NCBI RefSeq assembly: GCF_964355755.1
Contig: NC_092670.1
Coordinates: forward strand, 37,994,388-38,058,387
DNA length: 64,000 nucleotides
Direction: 5' to 3'
DNA from: Antedon mediterranea
Lineage: Eukaryota > Animalia > Echinodermata
In this document: one piece after another, positions 1 through 12,200 of the stretch
Numbering within the stretch: the first letter of the stretch is position 1
Layout of the letters: each line of letters starts with the position of its first letter
Notes under the pieces: model-generated
Database searches by the model: none
What the model saw: only the letters and a program-made list of their open reading frames with translations
Told to the model about the DNA's origin: nothing
Position numbers and translations under genes: made by a program

Positions 1-896
1 GATTTGATGCACCGTAGGCCTATCCTCTACTGGCTTTACAACGCTACTCATGCCAGTGAGGGAAGGGTGATGATGTGGGTGGTTTAAATGCAATAATAAA
101 GATTTGTACATAATATACGGCGACTGAAAACGCTAGCTCATTATCCGTTAAAAAAAAATTATATCCAACCTCTGCAGCACATTGAAAAAAAATGGATCGA
201 ATTTCTGTTATGAGTATACAGTACTTGCCTTTACGACGCCTGAGGGAATAGACACTTGTGGAACAGAGATTGGAATGTTCCATTCATCGCAAATCAATAC
301 ATTTGTATAAACGTATATTAAATCTATCAAAATAGTATTTTTTTAAGAAAAGCGGCCTGTCTTCAACATTATGATGCTGTACTCGAGCTGATCAACCGGT
401 TTTCAGCCATTAAAAACAATTATCGTAGGAGGAGATAGGAAAATGCGAAGCATCCTCGTATTATTGTCTGTGGGTATTTTTCAAGACGGACATCCATTAG
501 ACAGTGTATACCACGATCGAAAAACACCCCTATTTGGGGCAAATCGTTGAACCTAAATTCGTTTTAATTGTCAATAACTAATTATCTAACTCAATTTAAT
601 TAGTAAACAGGGTTACATCAGGTGGTTAAAATCAGTACCGAGATTCTAACCAACTTTATATACCATCGAGTAAACATTCTAGAAAAAACGCGCGATTTAC
701 CGAATTTTGCCCTTACGTAAATTTATATATAGATATTGTTACACCCACGACAATGGTAAAAAACACTATAGTTCTTTATACAGTAGATCGTCACGTGGAC
801 ACATTTCATTGACTCATTCGTTTCGCAGGTGTACTACCTTGAATAGTTAATCTCTTGGCTCTAGACGGATTTTTTAAAACTTAATATTAGTTTAAC

Positions 897-928
897 CATG
901 GAGTAAAGAATAAATTCTTTACTCCATG
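897..928. mobile_element. 32-bp TIR-only hairpin flanked by a 7-bp direct repeat (P/Galileo-type relic or excision footprint)
   Basis: CATGGAGTAAAGAAT-aa-ATTCTTTACTCCATG has perfect 15-bp arms and GTTTAAC on both sides. Confidence 0.6.
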
Positions 929-1029
929 GTTTAACTTTTAAAAGAAATGTTTTGGCACATATGGCGTTTCATACGTTTACTACATGAGCTTGTATTTTAG
1001 ACAAACATCGACAAGCCGACTGGTGAACT

Positions 1030-1419
1030 AAGGTGTGGTTTAGAACGCAACACAGCGAAGTTTTGACGCAACGTTCTGTATTGCGTAATCACAAGTGAGA
1101 ACCGACGAGGCAACAATTCTGCAAACATCGCAGGTTTGATTTCACGCAGGCGGCCGGGGGAAACACAATTATTGGAAGGGCATTTTCTTACGTTGCGTAG
1201 GTTGCGTCACATTGCGTATTAAAGCGTGGTTCCCACTAGCGACGCAACGCAAGGACGTAACGCAACGCAAGTGAATTGACCAATCACAAGCGATGGCTTA
1301 TTCGCTTGTGATTGCTAACTTTCTATAACTTCGCTTGTCATTGGTTAAAACGCTTCCGTTGCGTTTACGTCCTTGCGTTACGTTCTAGTGGGAACCAAGC
1401 TTAAGTGGGAACCAAGCAT
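1030..1419. mobile_element. MITE of the (ACGCA)n-rich family, interrupted by a related MITE
   Basis: The body matches copies at about 11494-11644 and 12241-12435. Its right end (GTGGGAACCAAGC) resumes after the 1223-1401 insert. Confidence 0.65.
1223..1401 (+). mobile_element. MITE, PIF/Harbinger-like (family B)
   Basis: TIRs AGCGTGGTTCCCACTAG...CTAGTGGGAACCAAGCT with TAA on both sides. A near-identical reverse copy lies at 16198-16376, with decayed copies at about 4835-4925 and 32476-32655. Confidence 0.8.
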
Positions 1420-2202
1420 AACATAAAAAAGGCAACACTACAGACTACCGTAACAGTGTCCCAATTACCTTAGGTTGCCTACAATCTTCGGCTCCTTGTG
1501 TATTACAATCACTATTGGTTGAAGATTCACTACACGTATAACACATGATTCCTAATTGAGATAAATTAATAGAGATGAATCTAGAGACAGTATTTTGTAA
1601 TTTAAACTAAACATTACAAAATTCTATTAAATTATTTTTTATACGCGCGTCAGATATCTATACAAAATGATCTACAAGTAGCTTAAATAAATAAATAAAA
1701 ATACGAATAATGTTAATAGTGAAATAGTAAGTGACTATCTATGGCAAATCTATGGAAATGTCAGTCATACTCTATACTTAAGAGTGACTCCAAAGACGGT
1801 GTAAGATCCTAATACATTATTAGTATAGAATGTTCCACTGGATACCCGATATCTCAGTGCCATATCTTGCCCCAGTATCATAGGACAATTCCATAATATA
1901 GCATCTGATGCGTATCACAAGTGATGCCTGTATCGTGTATGGTAATTAGCTGAACGGTCTATGATGGGGAACACATGTGATGCGCAGAATATTCCCATGA
2001 TATTAGGTAAATCTAAATACAGTACTACCGAGATGTGTTTCACTGTTTATCAAACATTAAAACCGTTTACAGCAACATAATGTTAACCCCGCTTATGTTT
2101 TTGTCAGCAATGAAGCGGAACAACCGTCGTGAATTATCCATCCCCCACCCCTCCCAAATTAAAACAATTGTTACGAAAGGTAATTGTGAATGTGAGTTGT
2201 TA

Positions 2203-2385
2203 AGGGTCGTTCACACCTGTTCCGGCACGGTTCCGGTCCGGCGAATCGAACATCAATGTTTCGTTTTCACGCGGCTATGCGCCAATCGATATGTGCGTAT
2301 AACCGCGTGAAAACGAAACATTGAAGTTCGATTGGATTTTCCGGCGCCGGACCGGAACCGTGCCGGAACAGGCGTGAAAGACCCT
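2203..2385. mobile_element. MITE, PIF/Harbinger-like (family C)
   Basis: Long TIRs AGGGTC..TTCACAC..TGTTCCGGCACGGTTCCGGTCCGGC and a TTA TSD. A second copy lies at about 46002-46140. Confidence 0.75.
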
Positions 2386-3642
2386 TTATTCTAGATTAAA
2401 GAATAAATAGGAATCAATTTTTTTTATAAAAAATATTCTATTAGTATTACAGATCGTTGCAAGTTTAATCGGACTGAAAATCAGTATAAAGCCCTGTGTA
2501 CACTACGAAGTTAGTTTGACAAAATGTGATGTGCCCAAATATGGTAGAGATTATGCCCAAATAGGGTATTGATATGACATCACCATGTCCATGGGCACAC
2601 ACAAAAAAGGGACTTATCTATTTTGTTGTTGTAGGCTAAAGGTCTATATTTATAATAAACAATAGACATTTTAATTTTGGAACTAAATAAAAGCATCAAA
2701 TTAACTCGTTTCTACTTACCACCATCAGCCTGTACTATTAAATCTAACAGTAGAAAGAGTATAATCATGTTGAAAAAGCAGTCGCAGTTTAACGGTTACT
2801 AAGATGAGCCACGTTTGCTTTCTTCGATCGACAATTCAAATTAAATTCACTCTTCCTTTATTTTTTTACAGTATCTTTTCTTTCCCCTTTTTTCAGATCG
2901 TTGGTGATGCAAATTATAATGATGTTTTCGAAATCCACTTAGAATATAACAAGTAAAATCTAAGTGTTGACTCATGAAACGTTTGATATCTGTAGTACAG
3001 TATTGTTTACTTACTTGGCATAAGCGATATTTAATAACTTTCGTGTAACCGAGCATAAAATCTAATTAAATGTCTATTATTATACATGCTGTCATTGTAC
3101 TAGTAATTGGTTAATATAAGTAGTCTAATTTAAGACACCAGATTTAGACATCATTGAATAATGTCTCTGAGTGTAATTAATGCATTGTATTTCTATGTGG
3201 TTTGTTAATAATAAAAAGCCAAGAGAAAGATGTGTTGTTCCCCCTGAAAAATATAATTGTTACAATTTTTGTTGTTAAATATGCCATTTTTATATCACAC
3301 TAGTCATCCACTTTAAATAAAAATTGAATTGAAAAGAAAAATTATTTACCTGAAACAACTGTAATAATTTAAAAAAAAAAAAAATAGTCCAATTAGGCTG
3401 CCAACCATTGGGTATTGGGTTGAATTTGACCATTTATTTTGTCATTTTATATGAGAAAACATATTTTTTGTTGGGGAGTGGGGGGGGGGGGAGGGATTAG
3501 CAAAGGGATTAACTTTATTAAAGCTACAAAATAGGCTATTCAAAATCTGGTTTGATTAATCTTCATTTTTTATGTTTTTGGGGGACAATACATTTTTAAA
3601 TGCTCAGTCGCAGGCATGAATTTCACATATTCATACATTTTT

Positions 3643-4217
3643 GTCCATAATAGGTTACTTTTTGTCCGTAATAGAGACTAGAGGGCGCTGTTGTCCATAA
3701 TAGGTGACTTTCATAATTGGCTGTCCAAAATAAGTGACTTTTTGTCCACAATAGGGGATTTTATTGGAGTAGTGCGCCATCGATTGTGTTGTCCATAATA
3801 GGTGATTTTTTTGGCCTTCCTCTTACGTACGTAATTTATTTCGCGAGTAGAAGTGATACTAATTTGCTTTCTGTTCAGACTTCAAGGCCTAGCCTAGGCC
3901 TTAGAGAGACTTAAATAATTATACTAATTAGGCCTCCTACTAGCTAGGCCCGGGAGGCCTAGCCTCGAAGTCTGAAGAGAAAGCAAATTAGTATTAACTA
4001 TTACTACGAACGTACAAGTACGCCAACAAAATCACCTATTATGGACAACACAATGGATGGCGCACTACTCCAATAAAATCCCCTATTGTGGACAAAAAGT
4101 CACCTATTTTGGAAAGCCAATTATGAAAGTTACCTATTATGGACAAACAACAGAGCCCTCTAGTCCATATTGTGGAAAGTCCCCTATTATGGACAGAAAA
4201 GTAACCTATTATGGACA
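3643..4217. mobile_element. ~575-bp fold-back (palindromic) element built from TGTCCATAATAGG sub-repeats
   Basis: The left arm (about 3643-3890) is the reverse complement of the right arm (about 3960-4217). The centre is rich in AGGCCT/CTAG. Confidence 0.7.
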
Positions 4218-4404
4218 GATTTCACCCCCTATTGCTTTTTTGTCCGATTTCTGTTTTACAACATTTAATAATATCATCAAGAATCTAGGTTTTCTCTTTC
4301 CAGCCCTGTTTTCTCCTCTTGTCACCACCTCTTCTGATAATTTATAAGAGTTCCTTTTTCTAACACCTTCTCCTGTAAAGCAAATTGCAGCATCCACTGT
4401 AGTA

Positions 4405-4568
4405 TTTTTACTCTACTCAACAGCTCACTATGTCGGTCGGATGGTTGGTCGGTCGGTCGGTTGGTTGGTTGGTCGGATGGTTGGTGGATCGGTTGGTTGG
4501 TTGGTCGGTCGGTAAACACTAACTCAAATTTGAGCACGCGACTGCAGCCATTTATATGGCCTTTTTTT
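4405..4568 (+). mobile_element. Helentron/DINE-1-like short element with a (GGTC/GGTT)n microsatellite
   Basis: A tetranucleotide microsatellite at 4432-4513 is followed by CACGCGACT, a small hairpin GCCATTTATATGGC and a T-run. This is the usual HINE layout, but the 5' end is degraded. Confidence 0.45.
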
Positions 4569-5949
4569 CCTCTTTCCAATTGTATGTTAAAAGAAAAACA
4601 TCCATGTCTCTTTTATTTTCGCGCTATGATACCAAAAAATGTCCACCATATACCCACCAACTTGTTAAAAAAACATTTTCTGGGTATGGCAACATCAGCC
4701 TGACCTAACTACTGAGACTGACGTTCATGGAAGAATCTTGCCAAGTTCTCTATTATTTTGACAATCTTAAGGCAAATAAGTTTTTTTTTATTTCTGTTAC
4801 ACCTATATTTATTATTTAACCATTACCCATCGATCTAGAGACGCAACGCAAGGCCAGGACGTACGCGCAACGCAAGCGTGTTGACCAATGACCAGCGACA
4901 GCTTGAATAATCCATCGCTTGTGATATGAGGCAAGGCGAGGGCGATATGTAGATATTCGTACACAACACATAAGCTCAGTCAAGTTCTCCTTGGGATCAA
5001 ACATCCAATTAACAATAGTAATGGTGTTGAATCCATCAATGTTACTTTTCGTTAGCCATAATTTATTACTTGCAAATTTTCATGGGCAAAACATTATCCC
5101 ATTTTTATCCTTATTTTATCTTCACCTTTTCTTTACTTTTGCTTTTTCTTGTTTCATTTTTCCTTTTCTTTCTTTATTTTCTTCCTGTTTATTCTTCCTT
5201 GATTTTTCTTTTTTTTAAATCCCTTTTCCTCTTTTTTTCTTTTTTCTCTCTTTCTTTTTTTTAAAATTTTGCTTAATTATTTCTTTTTTTTTTTCGCACT
5301 TTTTACATTTTCTATTGAGTCACTAGATAGTATTTGTCGATATAGAGAAAAAAGGAGGGAAAAACAAAAAATCAAGAAAAAGAAGAAAGACTTAGCCTCC
5401 TGTCTACACTATCAAACTAATTTGACAAAAAAAGTGTAATGTGCCCAATATGGTATAGTAGTGATGGCTGAATATGGTAGTGATATGACATCATGTCCAT
5501 ATATGGCCACGTCACATTTTTTTGTGACACAGTTTGATAGTGTAGAGACAGATAAGAGCTTACAATTAACTTGCAGTAAATGACAGCTCGGGTGATGACA
5601 AATATTATATTAATATGTCGATAGGCGGCGCTTGTTCGTACTGCGTTAATGAGTTTATTCGATTGGATTGGCTTGGATAATGAGACGATTGCCGCGGTCG
5701 ATAATGCAAAACAAGGGAAAGAAATTAATTTCGTAGGCTATTGGTAATTAAGAAGGCGAGTGTTTGAATATCAGAAGATTTTGTTTTCAGAATTCATTTA
5801 ATATATCATTAATAATTCATTCATATTAATTCGTGACTCAATAACAGTACTGAATCCATTTGTTTAAACAAATCAATGATTGCGTAGGCCATTATAGTTC
5901 GTTTCTTTTAAATTTAAATACGTGGGAGTAGGCCTATATTTCCATGGAT

Positions 5950-6052
5950 TGTCGTTTCCCTACGTGTTTGATGCAAAAATGACCGGGGTAATAATGTTCA
6001 TTGCCTAGAGGTTTCACAACATTAGGCGCTATAAAATCCAGGATATTATTAT
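5950..6052 (+). mobile_element. 3' fragment of the SINE seen at 33220-33516
   Basis: Matches the reverse complement of 33220-33330 and ends in a (TAT)n tail. Confidence 0.6.
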
Positions 6053-6195
6053 TAGGCCTATAATTATTATTTTAAAAAGTAGGCTTAATAAATCTACTGG
6101 TAGGCCTAAATCTACTGAATCGGACAAAAAAACGCTGGGAGACCATTATCAAAGGCTTTGGACGTGGTAATTATTTTTTCTGATTTTATATTTAT

Positions 6196-7084
6196 TATTA
6201 TTATACAAAATAGAGTACCGTTAGTGCCCCTACAAGAATTTATTTAATTTCATTGATTATATAGCACATTTGTAAACACAGTATTAGTTTCTTAAGTTCA
6301 CCTTTTAGTTTCGCTACTGACCAATTATCATACGGCGCTGAGCGTTTGCTTCTTGTTGGAGCCATTTTAATAATATCAGTAAAATTAATGAAACTGCCGT
6401 TGAAGAACAATAAATGAAATTGTGTCTCGAATAAATTGATTACAGATTCGCTTGAAATGTACTGAAATACGCACAGTAAACAAAATGATACAATAAACCG
6501 TTGTATAAATACTCCAAGTAAGATGAACGTTTTAATGAAGGTTGAACGATTCCTATTATGGAACAAAGGCTATGATATGGAAAATTAATAGTACTGAGAT
6601 TCAAAGTATCCAAAGATTGAAAAGTTTGTACAACTATCGAACGGCTAATTTAACAATGAAGTGTGCTAGTATGCATCTTAGTAAACAACTGAAAACACTC
6701 TGAATTCCCATTGGTTGCCAATTAGAAATTAGCCTATCCTACATTTTTGTGGTTCCACTATTAGATATACCCGTTGGTCTATAGAAATACATTGTCAATT
6801 ACTGTGGTTGGAACTTTAATAAAGTGTCTCCCTTGACTAACATTCCGTTTTAATTACCTGTAAAAACAATATACCATTCATCCTAACCCTTCTATTACTC
6901 TGAAATCTACCCACATTTATATACCACATCCTTAGTTAAAAGAAAGTACTTGTGCTGTGTATAAACTATAATTTATTACTTTAAATTTCCTATTATTATA
7001 CAAAATAGAGTACCGTTAGTGCCCCTACAAGAATTTATTTAATTTCATTGATTATATAGCACATTTGTAAACACAGTATTAGTT
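6196..7084. repeat. 94-bp direct repeat pair (6196-6289 and 6991-7084)
   Basis: The two copies TATTATTATACAAAATAGAGTACC...CACAGTATTAGTT are identical by eye. Confidence 0.85.
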
Positions 7085-8649
7085 GCCTTCCTATGATGAT
7101 GCTTATAATAAGCAAATGTCCTCGATAATTATTTTCGGGCTGTTTACTCGTTAAACGCAATTCACAATGCGCTACGAACTGAAATAAGACAAGCATTAAA
7201 CGTTTAACGTGTTTTTATTGTCGATCGCGTTCATGCGGCAAACCCACAATTCCTTTTTACCGTTAACAGCCTGGCGATTGATCACACATCAGAGTGGATA
7301 CTGGATACAATACCGAAAGATGTATTTCCGTTTACTCCAGACATAGGTAACGTACTGATTGTTATTTTATTGTTGGCTTATTCATAATAATAGTAGTTAA
7401 TAGTCTTTTTTCCCCCTTTTTTCGTTCATTGTAAGTTTCTGTCTCATGGCAACATTATTTTAAGGCATTGTTCAAAATATTTTGCCAGCTTTTCTTTCTT
7501 TCATCTTTGTTCCAAATGTCTCAATTTTCTGTAATTTTAATATGTCTTCGTCTCTATAATTCGGTAAACGATGGAATAAAAACTAAAGTAATCACTTTTG
7601 TTTAGCATGTGAATGTGTGTGCGTGGGAGGAGAGTTATTTACAGTTAATCGCAAGAACCTTTAGCTGTTTTTCATCGAAACTTGGGAAAACATGGGCGCT
7701 TGCCCGTTGATAAGATCGCTTAATTTTTACAGAAATGTTTACAATACTTCTTAGTGTTTCTGGACTGGCCGCTCCATAATATCTTCTATCTATTCTTTTC
7801 TCCTACTCTACTGATATCATTTGTAAATATATTTTAAATTCTAACAACCAAAAAATTAACAACAAATAAATGTGTAATATGACCAAATTAATCCCAATCT
7901 AAGATGTATGTATCAAAGTACTTTAAAATATATCGATTTAAGTTCTTATAATTTAAGATATATCGATTTAGTTGTTTACAGTTTTATGAAAAAAAATCGT
8001 GTGTGTTACATTAAAATTTATAAATAATTGATTTATTGATGTTTCCTTCCTCTTCTTCGTTTCTTCTTTTTAAAAGTTCTTTTTTTTTTAGTTTTTTTTT
8101 CTTTCTCATTTTCTTTTAAAATTATTTTGTCTTTTTTTCTTTTTTTTTTATATTTTTTAAGATTGTCTTTACTGTTTTTGCACTTTTTCTATTTTAGGGA
8201 GTCCAGATCAGTACAGTATTTGAACTAAGTAACTTAGACTAGGCCTATTGAAAAAAACTTTTATTTCAGTATTCTGTTTTAAAACTGCTATCATGGTTAT
8301 CATTTTATTTCCCGACAAATAACCTTGTCAGTACACGTATAGCATTGGACAGCTCCGAATATCAAAGGGTTTATATGTGGCTTTGACACTATCAGTTCCA
8401 TGCCCCTTAGCAGACACCGCGCTCCGCGGAGAAGACTTGCATCCCAGAAAAGCATCTAAATTCGATTCTCCTGAGTATAGAGAATTTTCCCCTTTGTTTT
8501 AATTAGTAAGTCCTTCTCACCTTTTAAATCTATCATTTGGTACTTCTTTCAACTTATTATACTTTTCTCTTTATCTGAATAAAGATGGGAAAAATTCCTA
8601 ACAGATTTTTTTAAATACATTGTTTATTTATTGTAATAATGTACTGTTC

Positions 8650-8860
8650 TTCGATTTATATAGCGTCCCAAGCGCTGAGAGAAAAAAACAAAAAGAAATT
8701 AAAAAGAAAAAAGATGGGTTTTTAAGAGTGTTTTGAAAACTATGATAGAGGATGCATTTTTAATAGGATAAGAAAATTGTTCCACAGTTTAGGAGCTGCA
8801 ACTGCAAAAATTCGATCACCATAGGTCTTAAGCTTGATCACCAGAAGGTCTTTACATGAG
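8650..8860 (-). mobile_element. Decayed L2/CR1-group LINE 3' fragment
   Basis: The minus strand reads YGDRIFAVAAPKLWNN, a typical ORF2 C-terminal motif. Confidence 0.6.
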
Positions 8861-9228
8861 TTAATTGTTTGTTTGTGATAATTGTCTTTTAGCTTGCCGG
8901 GCGAATTCTACGTTGTTAGACGACATCTACCTGTCATTCATTTGTGGTTTAAAGCTTTGGATATAATTACAATTGTTTGAAAATGAATCCAAATTTGTTA
9001 ATAATACTTTAAAAGATAAAATCATGTGGGCTTCCATTACTTCATTATTATCTAATAATAATAAATTACAGTTATTGTACTCTTTCTATTCATACTCATC
9101 AATTATAAATACTTTTGATGTGTGTACTTGGATATTTGAAAATCAATATATTGATTTGGTAATGTAATTTTAACGATGTAGATTTCTGGTCGACGTACTT
9201 GAATTGGCAGTGAAATTAAGTGGAAGCG

Positions 9229-12200
9229 ATGAAGAAGTACACTGTATTGTTCGTCTACAGTATCCTCTTTGCCGCCACCAAAGGTAATTACGGTCAGTTT
9301 ACGAGTCTAGTTGGACTTTAATTACGCGCTCATGGTGATGATAATAAAAGCTTCTGATATTTTAATAATCTTTTTGAAATCTGTTGGAAATAAAACTGGC
9401 CTCGGGTGCCGTTATTGTGTCGACATTATCAATCAATTTCTTTTAGGCATTTTCGGAATATTTTATTCATATCAAAAACAAAAAAAATGTACAAACGAAA
9501 AAAAAATAAAAATTCGCCAACTCTATGCTAAATATACTTTGATATATAATAATATATCAAATATATGATAATATTAAATATATAGAACACCATCGACAAT
9601 ACATTTTGAGTTAAGGAACATATATTTGCAAACCCAAGCAACAAGAAAATTACAACTATTCAACACACGTTGCTATAAACAGATTTTCGCATATAGGCCT
9701 GCTCATTAAAATAAGGGACGCTATATTCACTACTGCTTTTAGAGACATTCAGTATACGACGAGAGCATTATTCTAGCATACATTAAGAGATCTAATTGTT
9801 TTAATACCTTTGTAGAGAATTCGTTGACATATCAAACAATCTTTTAGTACAAAATAGTTTTTCCACAACAAAATGCAAAATTGTCGTTTTGTCAGTCTCA
9901 AAATATCAAATATTTAGTATCTATCTAGTATATCTAGTACTGATTGAAAATGTTCATCTGGTTTGTAGTAATAGGTTATTAGAAATGTTCTGTTTTCAAA
10001 CCAACAATTAGTATGAACTAACCTTGACAGTTTCGCTGATTCTTCAGAAGGAATGACGATCTAACAATAAACAGATTGACCCCTAGAGGGCCAATTCTGT
10101 ACTGTAATACGTACTGTATTGTCTCCTAAAAATATGAAAAATTAAGATTAATTAAATCAGACTTTGAATATGGTATGTTGTAGTTTTAATAAAGTTAATC
10201 ACTTCTGTAGAAAAAAAAAATAATGTTTTCATTTATAAAATGACAAAATAAATGGTTAAATTTAACAAAAAATCCATTGGCTGCCATCCAATTTGACTAT
10301 TTGTTGCTTTAAATTACAGTTATTTCAGGTAAATAATTTTGTTGTCGATCTAATTTTTTTTTTCAAAATGGATAACTATTATGTGACATTAAAATGGCAT
10401 AGGCCTATTAAAAATGTAAAAATTATTTTTCAGAAGAAAAAAACATCTTTAAGATAGTTGTTTTTGAATAGTTGTTTTCTTCATAATTAGATAGGTGTGT
10501 TTGTAGTACAGCAACCAATAATGACGTCCTTACGGATAGACAACATTTAGACTCTAACGGTTGGACCATGGTGTTTTCTGGTGGCCCATTTACTTGCCCT
10601 GGGTATGTCAAAGCTTGGAAATGGTATCCATCAGTGTCAACAAGCTTTCTTGGACTAGTATGGCGACCCACCAGCGGCTCTAATGAATTTGAGGTAATAG
10701 GAAGAACGTTGTTACCAGCGGTTTCATCTACCAACGAAATCCATACACATGAGTTGCCGATATCGGAATGGATTCCCGTGGAAGTTGGCGATATGATAGG
10801 ATTCAAATTTGACCAGTCGTTGATCCGGTATGACTCGAACCACAGTTCCCAGGTCGAATATGTGAATTCTATTTCCATTGAAGACCTCGTTGTTGGGTCA
10901 AGTCACACGATAGGCGGTACAGGATTTAGGACATATTCAATTATCGCAATTCATGAAGGTATTGAATGAAGCTCTGTCTACACTATACTATATTATATAA
11001 CACCTATATAAATTCCTGTCATTTGATTGGACGAATGTGGGTCACATGGCGTGCAATAGTACGCACTATTCAACGATCGTTAAATAGTACTTTTGAAACA
11101 TTTTTGTGTACGAAAAAAAAACGTCTAGATGTTATATAAAACAAATAATGAATGTTTTGTATTCGTGTAATGGTACAAATAATGGCACTTGGTGAATGAT
11201 GAAAGGTTATATCAACTCGGCTTTGCCTCGTTGATATAACCTTTCATCATTCACCTCGTGCATTATTTGTACCATTGCACTCATAAACATTCATTATTTG
11301 TATACTATACACTAGTTTGACACAAAACGTGTGATGTGCTTAAATATAAAAGTGATATGCTCAAATGTGGTAGTGATATTTGATTTTGATTTGATTTTAT
11401 CACTTTATTTCAGAATAAATATTTCATTATACTGTACAACAAAAAATAATACAAAACGGAGAATCAAACTAAAATAGGATTTTTTCCCACTAAAACGTGG
11501 TTCCCACTAGAACGCAACGCAGCAAAGTATTGCGTAATTACAAGTGGGAACTTGCAGGTTTGATTTCACGCAGGCGGCGCGGGGGCAAACACAATGAAAG
11601 GGCATTTTCTTACGTTGCGAAGATTGCGTCGAGAACCAAGCTTTAGTGTAGAGATTGGAATACCGTAACAAATAGTTCGTAGTACACCTAACTCATATAT
11701 TTTTAAAGTTTGATAGTGTAGACAGAGCTTAATATCGGGCTTAATATTAGAAAAAGGTGTTATGTTAAGTGAAAACATAATATTGTTTGATAATAATTAT
11801 AATATATAATAATACCATCCCATAATCTGGGATTACAGTAATTGTTTTCTTTTTTTTACGAAGTTGTATATTCCTATGTCAATAATATTTTTCTCATTTG
11901 GTATTTAATTTTTTTTTCCAGATTATTTCGATAATCGATTTGTCATTACAACAAAGTGTAAACGCTTGAGCACAATGAAGAAGGTAGAACCTGGTTGGAA
12001 GTTACCAGGCCACGTGATACGCAGTGTACAGAGACCATCTGCGATTGCGTGCGTTACGTCATGCCAGAAAGAAGAACTATGCTGGTCAATCACATATGAC
12101 AAAGAAAACGGAAATTGTCATTTGAATAACGTCATAAAGGGTCAAACTCTTAACTACCAAGTTACTGCAGATGATATTGTGTATTATGAGTTTAATTATG

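Noticed and set aside
4322-4703. ORFs with TNQP / VGW repeats
   Set aside because: They are translations of the (GGTC/GGTT)n microsatellite.
4991-5300. Phe/Leu-rich membrane-protein-like ORFs
   Set aside because: They arise from a poly-pyrimidine low-complexity tract.
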